A stretch of 32,000 bases of DNA from Nostoc minutum NIES-26 (GCA_003326215.1 LXQD01000205.1:65301-97300), one strand, 5' to 3'; positions 9,715 through 17,995 are shown, numbered from the stretch's first letter. Program-made: numbers and translations. The notes: generated from the letters alone by a model not told the origin.

Positions 9715-12700
9715 TGGATTGCTCCTCAAGAATCAGTAACACCTTCTCCAGCTATTTCTGCACCTCAAACTACCATTGTTTCTTCAACTATTTCTACACT
9801 TCAAACTACCACCGTTTCTTCAACTATTTCTGTACCTCAAACCGCCACTGTTTTCTCATCTCAAATAGAAGAAACAGCGCAAGAAGTCCCAATTCTTGAT
9901 GCTCAATATATATTCTTAGCTTCTCACTGGGCTGTATCTACTTGCAGTTTATGCTCTACATTACGGTTGAACGGGCCTTTTAATGCCCAAGTTTTTCGCC
10001 AAAGCTGGCAAGAATTGCTGACTCGTCATCCCATGCTGAGAGCATACTTTTCCATCCCAGCTGGAGCAACTAGTTTTAAAGATTATCGCTTGATGGTTCT
10101 GGATAATCCTACTCCTCCAGAAATTGCCATCACTGATTTAAGAAATTGCGATCGCCAAACTCAAGATTACCGCATTAACGAAGAAGTTCATCGTTGCATC
10201 AATTCCAGATGGGATATCTCACAGTGGCCCTTGCATAGATTCTTTGTCTTTCAACTCGAAGATGCAGTTTACGAAGTCTTCTTCACCAATCATCACCTGA
10301 TTTCTGATGGTTTGAGTAACCAAATTGTGTTACGTGACTTCATGGAGATTTACGGTGCAAGGCTAAACGGAACCCAGCCTATTTTACCTGCTGCGATCGC
10401 AGTTGCAGATTATCGGGCGATCGCTAACACGCTCAACACCTGGCAAAATCAACAAGCAGAACAATCTCTGCACAAATATTTGAGCAAGCAGGGCAAAGAT
10501 AAATTTCTCTGGAACCCCCAAGGCAGCACCGTCAAATATAACTCCACCAACATCCGCACTTTATCCTACCGTCTCAGCCGCAAAGTCACAGATAGCTTAA
10601 TTAGCCGTACCCGCGACTGGCGCTTACCACTCAATTCTTTAGTAGTTGGTGCTTATTTACGAACTGCTGCTAAGTTCTGTCAGTTACCCGAATCTGTTGT
10701 ATTGAACATTCCTACTAGCGGACGCATCTATCCTGGAGTAGATATTCCTAACGAAATTGGCTGTTTTGCTCAAAATCTCGCATTGAGTTTCAAAGCCCCA
10801 ACACCTGACGAAAACTGGTCTAATCTGCTGTATGGCATTCATTCAGAAATTCATACAAATCTAGCCGCAAATCATGACAACGCTCAAACTCGCCAAATGG
10901 GGATTTGGCTGCGAGAAAAAGTCGCACTCGAAGATGGCAAAATTCCCCCTACTGCTGCTAGTTTGATGCAAATGGGAATGAAAGCAAATTTATTCCTTTC
11001 TAACATGGGGCAAACCCACATCAAACCTGAGTATGGTTCCCTGAAAATTCTCAATTACCGAGCAGCTACCGTCACCAACGCGGGTACTGTAGACACATTG
11101 GTAGAGATATTCGATAACTGCTTGCACTTAAATACCAGCTACGATAGCAACTTCTTTAGTGAATATCTCATCGATACTTTTTGCAGGCAATTGATTGCAG
11201 ACATTGAAGAATTAGCATCTCTACAAATTCAGCCCCAGCAAATTACTCAGCCACTTTCACTGTCAGCAACAGATACTCAGTTCAAGTCCATCCTGCAACA
11301 AATAGCCACAGAAGTTTGCCATGACACCATCACTGATACAGCTTTAGATAAAGATTTAGTAGTAGATTTGGGATTAGATTCGCTAGAACTAATCCGCATC
11401 ATCACCAAATTAGAAAAGCAATTAGGTAAGGTAAATCGTCAAGCTTTACTATCTTGCAGAAGCTTGCGAGAAATGGTCTATACACTCAGCCACGGAGAAA
11501 TACCTGCAACAGTTGCAGCGACTCCCCAGCTAGTAGAAATACCTTACTTGGAAATTATCGAACAAGTTAAGCGTACTCCTGATGCAGTAGCGGTTATTGA
11601 TGGCAACATCAAACTCACTTATCAACAACTGCACAATCTTTCCAATCAAGTTGCTAATTACTTGAAAACTCAGGGAGTAAAACCAGGTGTTTTAGTAGGT
11701 ATTATGCTGAATCCTGGTTATCTGATGTGGGTGGGAATATTGGGTATTCTCAAGGCGGGAGGCGCTTACGTTCCTTTAGATCCTGCTTATCCTAACGAAC
11801 GAATTCAATACATACTAGAACATGCTGAAGTTCAAACTTTATTAAGCGAACATCAGCTGAATGCAAAATTAACAGAATGTCTAACAGCACAGTTACCCCT
11901 ATCAACTTTAGTATTCTTGGATGAGGGAGAAGCTTTAACTGGGACAACTTTAACCCAAGTTAACAAGAGTTCTTGGTCTAATAGTTCCGAACTAACTCCT
12001 GCTAGCGTCAATACTCCTGACGATTTGATGACAGTATTGTACACCTCCGGTTCTACAGGTCGTCCCAAGGGAGTGATGCTCAATCATCGGGGTTACATGA
12101 ACCGCCTCAACTGGATGCAAAAAGCCTTTCAGTTGTCGCCTGGGGAGCGAGTTGCCCAAAAAACATCCTGTTGCTTTGATATTTCAGTTTGGGAAATATT
12201 CTGGCCTCTCATGGTAGGCGCTACAGCTTGTCCTGTGAAGCGGGAAGTCGTAAGAAATCCTTGGAATTTAGTGCAGTGGATGCATGACACCCAAATTAAT
12301 ATCATGCATTTCGTTCCCTCCTTATTCGGAGAGTTCGTTACTGCTTTAGAGGAAGAAGCGTGGACATTTCCTCACTTGCGTTGGTTAGTGTTTAGCGGTG
12401 AAGCCTTACCTGTTTCTTTCATTCAACGTTGGTTAGACAAGCATGGAACCAAAGTTGGGTTAGCAAATCTTTACGGCCCCACGGAAGCATCTATAGACGT
12501 TACCGCTCATATCATTCCTAGTAGTGTCCGAGATGCAACCAGTATCCCCATTGGCAAAGCAATTGACAACGTTAATATTGTTCTCCTAGATGAACAAATG
12601 CAACCTGTGAAACAGGGTGAGTTGGGAGAACTGTGGATTGGTGGCGTACAATTGGCTCTTGGTTATCTTAAAAACCCTGAAAAAACAGAGCAATCTTTCC

Positions 12701-14517
12701 GCCCCAACCCCTTCGCAGACATCAACAGCAAATATCTCTACCGTACTGGCGATTTAGCGAAGCAATTACCCGATGGCAGTTTTGAATATCACGGACGAAT
12801 TGACCATCAAGTTAAAATACGCGGTTTCCGTGTGGAACTGGGAGAAATTGAGAATGTGCTTAACAGCCACCCTGATATTCGAGAAGTTGCTGTCGTCGCC
12901 CTAGACTATGGTTCGGGACAGAAAAAGCTAGTTGCTGGTATCGTTGGACAGCAGGTAGACAGCAAACAACTCAAAGAATATGTGGGACGCTGGGTACCTG
13001 ATTACATGATTCCGCACCGGATAGAATTGCTAGACAGCCTACCTAAAAATCATAACGGCAAACTGGATCGCCAAGCGATCGCAGCTATCCTCAACGGCGA
13101 AACCCCTTGTACAGACGCGATTAATCGCGTTTCTACCGAGGAATACGTACCTTTAGGCCCCGCACAGCGCTGGGTAATGAAATACTTTGAACCTCCATAT
13201 CAATGGACTGGTTACACCCGTTTTGTTTACCGCCATCCCCTAGAAATTAATGTTTTCAACCAAGCACTGAACTTGATTGTAGAACGCTATCCCGTTTTAC
13301 GTACAATATTTGTCCAAAAAGCAGGTCAATGGCAACAAAAAATCATTCAGCCAACTGAAGAATTAAAAGCAATTCTCTATGATGGTAGCCATTTAAAAGC
13401 TGAAAAACGAGATGAAGAAATTCGTACTTTAATTCAACAAGCTGGCGAACAACTGCAATTTGACCAATGGCCGTTACTGAAGGTAATTGTTGTCAAAATC
13501 AGTGATTCATGTTACGACATGGCATTTATTGGACATCATTTAATCGGTGATTTACTAAGCAACGGTTTAGTTTTCCAAGAGTTTTGGTTTACCTATACTC
13601 AAAATTTAGGCAACCCAAGTAATATCAATCTGACCACAACTAACAAGCCTTCTTACAATGACTATGTGCGTCTATTAACGGAAAAAGAAGCACAAGGAGA
13701 TTTGGCAAAGCACATTTATTATTGGTTGTACCAATTTCCTTCAGAAAAATCTGCTTTCCAAGTTCCTTTCGATTTTGAGAAAGGAGAAAATATCGAAGCT
13801 TCTGCTGCTCAAAAAAGATTTCTCCTGCCCAAACCTCAGAGCGAAATTTTACTAACCAAAGCCAAGGAGTATTATGTTTGCAACCTTTATTATCTTTTAC
13901 TTGCTCCTTTATATCGCCTCCTTGCTGAATGGAGTGGAAGACCTGGAGTAGTATTAAGTCATCGCAGTCACGGCAGAGATTTGGGCAATAATCACAGATT
14001 CTTTGACAGTGTTGGTAATTTCGCTGTTAATTATCCTATGGGTATCACTGTTGAAGAAAAAACCAGATGGGAGCCAATCATTAAGCAAATCAAACAACAA
14101 TTTGATTGGTTACCGATGAACGGGGTTACCTTTGATTGGTTAGGCGAAAAACTACCCAGTTATATGTACCCAGATAATCGTTTAACACCTGTGAGAGCTA
14201 ATTATTTGGGCAACCGTACCATTCCTACTTCTCAGGTATTCGATTTCATTGCAGAAGATTGGGATCGCCGCTTATCTCCTCCCCAACAAAAACGTACAAC
14301 TCTGTTAGAATTCTTCTTCACTCTTGTGAATGGTTCCTTAGAATTGGAGATTGAATATTCTACTAATTTCCATCTACCAGCAACTATTAATCGGTTAGGC
14401 GAACGATATTTAGAACTAGTTAATGACATGGTGTCAGTTGTACCTGTGACATCTGCAAATAATGGTCATAATCGTCTAAATAGTCGCAAAACAAGTTTGC
14501 AAGAGTTAACAGTGTAA
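9460..14517 (+). CDS. NRPS-like megasynthase with domain order carrier-C-carrier-A-C
   Basis: A 1685-aa ORF starts at ATG 9460, preceded by ttattggagcatt (GGAG). Domain motifs are listed in the sub-features below. No carrier follows the A domain and there is no TE or R domain. Confidence 0.92.
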   Translation: MSLNSLQLQIFTFVAKITGHDVEDLEPDMYLESDMGLDSIKMVELLNTFIQMVPQEKQAEFLQVVPMEQLMQLQTLAEVLQLGQTWIAPQESVTPSPAISAPQTTIVSSTISTLQTTTVSSTISVPQTATVFSSQIEETAQEVPILDAQYIFLASHWAVSTCSLCSTLRLNGPFNAQVFRQSWQELLTRHPMLRAYFSIPAGATSFKDYRLMVLDNPTPPEIAITDLRNCDRQTQDYRINEEVHRCINSRWDISQWPLHRFFVFQLEDAVYEVFFTNHHLISDGLSNQIVLRDFMEIYGARLNGTQPILPAAIAVADYRAIANTLNTWQNQQAEQSLHKYLSKQGKDKFLWNPQGSTVKYNSTNIRTLSYRLSRKVTDSLISRTRDWRLPLNSLVVGAYLRTAAKFCQLPESVVLNIPTSGRIYPGVDIPNEIGCFAQNLALSFKAPTPDENWSNLLYGIHSEIHTNLAANHDNAQTRQMGIWLREKVALEDGKIPPTAASLMQMGMKANLFLSNMGQTHIKPEYGSLKILNYRAATVTNAGTVDTLVEIFDNCLHLNTSYDSNFFSEYLIDTFCRQLIADIEELASLQIQPQQITQPLSLSATDTQFKSILQQIATEVCHDTITDTALDKDLVVDLGLDSLELIRIITKLEKQLGKVNRQALLSCRSLREMVYTLSHGEIPATVAATPQLVEIPYLEIIEQVKRTPDAVAVIDGNIKLTYQQLHNLSNQVANYLKTQGVKPGVLVGIMLNPGYLMWVGILGILKAGGAYVPLDPAYPNERIQYILEHAEVQTLLSEHQLNAKLTECLTAQLPLSTLVFLDEGEALTGTTLTQVNKSSWSNSSELTPASVNTPDDLMTVLYTSGSTGRPKGVMLNHRGYMNRLNWMQKAFQLSPGERVAQKTSCCFDISVWEIFWPLMVGATACPVKREVVRNPWNLVQWMHDTQINIMHFVPSLFGEFVTALEEEAWTFPHLRWLVFSGEALPVSFIQRWLDKHGTKVGLANLYGPTEASIDVTAHIIPSSVRDATSIPIGKAIDNVNIVLLDEQMQPVKQGELGELWIGGVQLALGYLKNPEKTEQSFRPNPFADINSKYLYRTGDLAKQLPDGSFEYHGRIDHQVKIRGFRVELGEIENVLNSHPDIREVAVVALDYGSGQKKLVAGIVGQQVDSKQLKEYVGRWVPDYMIPHRIELLDSLPKNHNGKLDRQAIAAILNGETPCTDAINRVSTEEYVPLGPAQRWVMKYFEPPYQWTGYTRFVYRHPLEINVFNQALNLIVERYPVLRTIFVQKAGQWQQKIIQPTEELKAILYDGSHLKAEKRDEEIRTLIQQAGEQLQFDQWPLLKVIVVKISDSCYDMAFIGHHLIGDLLSNGLVFQEFWFTYTQNLGNPSNINLTTTNKPSYNDYVRLLTEKEAQGDLAKHIYYWLYQFPSEKSAFQVPFDFEKGENIEASAAQKRFLLPKPQSEILLTKAKEYYVCNLYYLLLAPLYRLLAEWSGRPGVVLSHRSHGRDLGNNHRFFDSVGNFAVNYPMGITVEEKTRWEPIIKQIKQQFDWLPMNGVTFDWLGEKLPSYMYPDNRLTPVRANYLGNRTIPTSQVFDFIAEDWDRRLSPPQQKRTTLLEFFFTLVNGSLELEIEYSTNFHLPATINRLGERYLELVNDMVSVVPVTSANNGHNRLNSRKTSLQELTV
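9752..9859 (+). repeat. 3 x 36-nt tandem repeat encoding a 12-aa Ser/Thr-rich unit in the carrier-C linker
   Basis: The units lie at 9752-9787, 9788-9823 and 9824-9859, and units 1 and 2 differ at 4 of 36 positions. The peptide is AISAPQTTIVSS / TISTLQTTTVSS / TISVPQTATVFS. Confidence 0.9.
9886..11229 (+). other. Condensation domain 1
   Basis: A C1-like motif PILDAQYIFL is present. The catalytic motif HHLISDG lies at 10291-10311. Confidence 0.85.
11272..11493 (+). other. Carrier protein domain 2 (PCP), located upstream of the A domain
   Basis: Motif DLVVDLGLDSLELIRIITKLEKQLG, with the Ser codon tcg at 11380-11382. Confidence 0.8.
11542..13095 (+). other. Adenylation domain (amino-acid-type, Asp in FDxS retained)
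   Basis: Motifs LTYQQLHNLSNQVANYL, LYTSGSTGRPKGV, CCFDISVWEIF, NLYGPTEASID, YRTGDLA, GRIDHQVKIRGFRVELGEIE and NHNGKLDR. I did not attempt a specificity code by eye. Confidence 0.92.
13108..13136 (-). repeat. Dispersed palindromic repeat family A (GTAGAGACGCGATTAATCGCGTCTGTACA), in frame at the A/C junction
   Basis: tgtacagacgcgattaatcgcgtttctac is the reverse orientation of the 28249-28277 copy with one mismatch. It encodes CTDAINRVST. Confidence 0.85.
13141..14439 (+). other. C-terminal condensation-like domain (putative release or ester/amide-forming C)
   Basis: A C1-like motif VPLGPAQRWVM comes directly after the A domain. The catalytic motif is HHLIGDL at 13534-13554 (HHxxxD kept, Gly replaced by Leu). 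Confidence 0.75.
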
Positions 14518-14537
14518 TTCATAGCAAATTGATATTA

Positions 14538-14598
14538 CCCCCCTTATAAAGGGGGGAAACCAGAAAAATCCGATTCCCTCGCCTTTATAAGGGGAGGG
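14538..14598 (+). terminator. Two GC-clamped hairpins 21 nt downstream of the NRPS stop (repeat-derived, possible terminator)
   Basis: The first is cccccctt-ata-aagggggg at 14538-14556. The second is ccctcgcc-tttataa-ggggaggg at 14576-14598. Neither is followed by a clear U-tract. Confidence 0.35.
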
Positions 14599-14632
14599 TT
14601 AGGGAGGGGTAAAACTAGGGTTGAAATTGAAA

Positions 14633-14671
14633 CGCAAAGGGACGCAAAGTTTAGCGCAAAGGAGCGCAAAG
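14633..14671. repeat. 4 x CGCAAAG at 10-12 nt spacing
   Basis: The copies lie at 14633, 14643, 14655 and 14665. The ggacgcaaagt unit also occurs inside the family B copy at 3184-3195. Confidence 0.7.
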
Positions 14672-14897
14672 TTAATGAATTTATGACATGCTGTACTCAG
14701 TTACTAATGATTAAAAAAGTCTGAAGTATAGCTGGCGATCGCAAATTCTTAACCTAGTAATAATTTAATACTAACCTAGTAATTGCTAGTATTAAAAATT
14801 TGCAAAAATTAGCACAAAAATTGGAAGTTAAATTAAGTGAAAGTACTGGTAAAGTACTGAAGGAATTCCACTTTCATCGAAAGTACAACTGTTCGTT

Positions 14898-15851
14898 ATG
14901 CGTAATTACTTTTCCACTTTTGTTGTATCAACGACTGTTGCAGTCTCGGCTGCTTTACCAGTTCAAGCTGCGACTTTTGACTTCAGTAAATTACAATTGA
15001 TTTCCACACGACCAATTGAATCTAATTCCGAATTATCTTTTTTTGGTGATGTGAATGCTAACGAAGGTCAAACAGCATTCATTAATCCCGATCCCAATGC
15101 TCCAGACAACGGTCATGCAGAAATTAGTCCCAATTCAGGAAGCTTTGCACCTTACTATGCAACTGGTCGGAATGCCAGTCCTGAAAATAGTGGTGCTACT
15201 AGAGCAGCCAGTTTAAAAGGGGTGACAAATTTCCCTAACTTTTTCAATTATCTGACTAAAAATTCAATCGCTCTCAATAGTATTGGTTTTAGTTACGGGC
15301 AAAAAAGCGATCGCGATTTTCGAGAAACTTGGAATTTAGGAGAAGATAAACTCGGTCAAGATTGGCTAGCTAGTTCTACTTCAACAATTGAAGAGAGAAT
15401 TTATCGAGCTAATCCCGATGTTGTAGAAACCTATTTCTCTTTAGGTAATACTAGAATACTCAATTTAGGATATACCCCTTTATACGCTACTTTTGAGTAT
15501 GGAGAGACACCAGCTAGGGAAGATAATATTGACTTATTCTATTCAGAACCAGTCAAAGTTACAAAAGTAGGTGGATTAAATTCATTAGAAGCAGGTCTAG
15601 CAGATGCATTTTTACAAGACGTTGCCAATAACGGAGGTAGCATTCAGTTAGTTGGAGAAGATGTCGCAGCTCAAGATGGTTCTTTTACCTCTGGCAATGG
15701 CTTCAGTATTTTTAACTTCTCATTACCGTTAACTGTACGTGCAGTCTCCGTTCCCGAACCTTCTGCAATTTTAGGATTTTTGATGCTTGCCGGTTCAGGT
15801 ATATTCTCTTTCTCAAAACAACAGAAAAAAGCACCAAAAACCTTGAATTAA
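14898..15851 (+). CDS. Secreted PEP-CTERM sorting-domain protein
   Basis: The N-terminal signal peptide is MRNYFSTFVVSTTVAVSAALPVQA/ATF. The C-terminus VPEPSAILGFLMLAGSGIFSFSKQQKK shows PEP, a TM helix and a basic tail. Confidence 0.75.
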   Translation: MRNYFSTFVVSTTVAVSAALPVQAATFDFSKLQLISTRPIESNSELSFFGDVNANEGQTAFINPDPNAPDNGHAEISPNSGSFAPYYATGRNASPENSGATRAASLKGVTNFPNFFNYLTKNSIALNSIGFSYGQKSDRDFRETWNLGEDKLGQDWLASSTSTIEERIYRANPDVVETYFSLGNTRILNLGYTPLYATFEYGETPAREDNIDLFYSEPVKVTKVGGLNSLEAGLADAFLQDVANNGGSIQLVGEDVAAQDGSFTSGNGFSIFNFSLPLTVRAVSVPEPSAILGFLMLAGSGIFSFSKQQKKAPKTLN

Positions 15852-15895
15852 TAGCAATTCTCTAAATCCGACAACAGATTTAAATCTGATTGTCC

Positions 15896-15950
15896 TAATT
15901 ACGAATTACGTAGACGCGCTCTGCATGGCTTCCCGAAGGGTATTACGAAT
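15896..15950. repeat. Family B repeat inserted in ATTACGA heptamers
   Basis: The sequence is taattacgaattacGTAGACGCGCTCTGCATGGCTTCCCGAAGGGTAttacgaatt. It supplies the spurious ATG at 15925. Confidence 0.75.
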
Positions 15951-15963
15951 TGGAGAAAGAGAG

Positions 15964-17046
15964 ATGGCTATTTTTGGAAAAATGGGTATGTATTTTCATA
16001 CCCTGGTTACAGCTACGACGATCGCAATTGGAGCAATGGTAGCACCACCATCCACAGCAGCAACTTTCAAAGTGACTGTGGAAAATGTAGCTCCAGAAAG
16101 TGGGATTAACTTAGCTCATTTTTGGATAGGCTTTCATGATGGTAGTTTTGATGCTTTCAATGCAGGTGAACCTGCTTCAGGAGCAATCAAACTCATGGCT
16201 GAGGAACAAGTAATCGGTCTTGGTGCTAGAATTCTGGATGATTTCAATATTCCCACTCCACAACTTACTGATATAGTCATTTCCACCTTTGCAGCGGGTA
16301 CTGACTATGCTTTCATCTCCCCAGAACTTCAGTCTGCGTTAGAAGCAGGTAGCGATCGCGCCACCATATCTGCAATCCTGGATTCGATTTTTAATTCCGA
16401 CATCGACGTGAAGGATTTACCTCCCTCACCAGGAACCATTGCCGCTGAGTTCGCTAACAGTCAAGCCGGAAAAAATGGTGGCACACAAGATATCTTGTTC
16501 TATCCCACCCTATCGCCAATTCCCATAGTCCAGCCTCCTGGTACAACTGCTTCCAGACTTATTGAACTGGACGATCCTCAAAAAAATCGTTTCTTCAGTT
16601 ACGCTACAATGCTTTTTCCTAGTAACGATGCCTTCATTGGGAATGACAATCCAAAAGCGATTCAAGTTTTTGACGAACAAGGAAACTTCATAGGAGCAGA
16701 TTTCACAGTTTTTGGGAATCAAGCATGGGATGCAGGTACTGAAGTCAACGACGAGAAAATCTTTTCTATGCCTGCAAACATAGATGAAAACGGCACAATT
16801 CAACCCCATCCTGGTTTAAAAGCGCCTGGTGAAGGAGGAATTGTAGATACTCAATTGGATGGGTTAAGCTTTGCCAACGCTGATTTTTCCAAGCCAGGTT
16901 ATCAAATAGCACACATCACAATTACCAAGGTAGACGAACCAAGCACTAATCATGGTTTACTTGTTCTCGGCGGCTTGTTGTCGATAGTTACAATAATGAG
17001 CAAATTAAAGCAAGGAAGAAACAATTTTTCGTCAAGATTTAACTGA
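15964..17046 (+). CDS. Secreted spondin_N-like protein with a variant PEP-CTERM anchor
   Basis: The ORF is open from 15925, but its first 13 codons are repeat-derived. ATG 15964 follows ggagaaagagag. After the signal-like segment comes ATFKVTVENVAPESGINLAHFWIGFHDGSFDAFNAGEPAS, resembling cyanobacterial spondin_N-type proteins as I recall them. The C-terminus VDEPSTNHGLLVLGGLLSIVTIMSKLKQGR matches the PEP-CTERM layout. Confidence 0.6.
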   Translation: MAIFGKMGMYFHTLVTATTIAIGAMVAPPSTAATFKVTVENVAPESGINLAHFWIGFHDGSFDAFNAGEPASGAIKLMAEEQVIGLGARILDDFNIPTPQLTDIVISTFAAGTDYAFISPELQSALEAGSDRATISAILDSIFNSDIDVKDLPPSPGTIAAEFANSQAGKNGGTQDILFYPTLSPIPIVQPPGTTASRLIELDDPQKNRFFSYATMLFPSNDAFIGNDNPKAIQVFDEQGNFIGADFTVFGNQAWDAGTEVNDEKIFSMPANIDENGTIQPHPGLKAPGEGGIVDTQLDGLSFANADFSKPGYQIAHITITKVDEPSTNHGLLVLGGLLSIVTIMSKLKQGRNNFSSRFN

Positions 17047-17158
17047 AAAGTTAGCCGAAAAACGGAAAATTAAGATTTGTATTGTTTGAAAAAACCCTGC
17101 ATTACAGGTAGGTTTCTTTGCTCATACTCGACCAACCTTAAATTGCCCAATTATACAG

Positions 17159-17233
17159 GTTTGTAGTGAAGGATTTAACCCTCTTTCAGTAATACCTTCA
17201 GGGCTGAATCTGCCTTACTACAAACCCCCCCCC
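17159..17233. repeat. 68-nt imperfect long palindrome followed by a C9 tract
   Basis: The outer arms ggtttgtagt (17159-17168) and actacaaacc (17217-17226) are perfect, and the inner arms are partly complementary. A run of 9 C lies at 17225-17233. Confidence 0.6.
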
Positions 17234-17554
17234 AACTTACCTTTTCAGAACAACTCGCTTCAATAATTATCACAATCAGCTTAATCATTAATTTCACGTT
17301 CATGCATACGTGAATTATCAAGTTTCTTGTTCGTGTGACTAACACTTATGAAATACAGCTAGATAAAACTCTTATCTAGTACTCATTACACTCAATATTT
17401 GTGAGAAATCATCTGTTTCGTAAATAACTCACATGTACTGGTGAAGCCTTTAAATATAGCTAATTTCTAGCTTTGACCGAATTCTTTATTGGTCATCTCA
17501 CCACTGTTTAAGTCAAATTAATTCAACTACATCATTTCAACAGGTTCAAAAATT

Positions 17555-17995
17555 ATGTCTACATCAATTCCAACACCAATTATGCCCGTATCCACTCAAC
17601 TAGGAACACCTGAAATTATGTCTTTAGCAACTCCAACAGCAATTATACCTGTACCGACTCAAATAGAAACTCCTGAAATTCAAAAAGGTTTTAATCTTTT
17701 AGGATTAAAAGTCTCAGATATTGAATTGAACGAGCTGAAACATGGCAATACCGTTTCATTAGAAAGCAGACGACTAAGTGAAATAGGTTCAGTATTGATA
17801 CTTGCAGAAGCTCTTTCATCATTGCATTCAGTTAAAAACATTACCTTCAAAGATTTACCAAAAGTTGTTACAGAATCCACAAATTGTTCTGGCATTCCCG
17901 TCCATCGATGGAATGATGATATACTTGGTAAGTGTTACCTGCTGCTCACTTTAGTAGATGGTCAACCTGCATTCAAGATATCATCTCAAAAGTAG
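17555..17995 (+). CDS. Hypothetical protein with an N-terminal tandem 21-aa Pro/Thr-rich duplication
   Basis: A 146-aa ORF with an ATG start. No recognisable family motifs and no signal peptide. It contains two 63-nt repeats at 17558-17683. Confidence 0.45.
   Translation: MSTSIPTPIMPVSTQLGTPEIMSLATPTAIIPVPTQIETPEIQKGFNLLGLKVSDIELNELKHGNTVSLESRRLSEIGSVLILAEALSSLHSVKNITFKDLPKVVTESTNCSGIPVHRWNDDILGKCYLLLTLVDGQPAFKISSQK
17558..17683 (+). repeat. 2 x 63-nt tandem duplication inside the hypothetical CDS
   Basis: 17558-17620 encodes STSIPTPIMPVSTQLGTPEIM and 17621-17683 encodes SLATPTAIIPVPTQIETPEIQ. Confidence 0.85.

Noticed and set aside
9714-9899. A 61-aa + strand ORF overlapping the NRPS linker.
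   Set aside because: It is an alternate reading frame of the 36-nt tandem repeats. Its periodic sequence is an artefact of the repeat.
14800-15000. A 66-aa ORF upstream of, and overlapping, the PEP-CTERM gene.
   Set aside because: It overlaps the better-supported 14898 gene in another frame. It has no RBS or motif support.
15925-15963. An upstream ATG that would extend the spondin-like protein by 13 aa (MASRRVLRIGERE).
   Set aside because: These codons are the family B dispersed repeat, and the same repeat gives AASRRVGRK inside the PKS. ATG 15964 has a GGAGA-type RBS.
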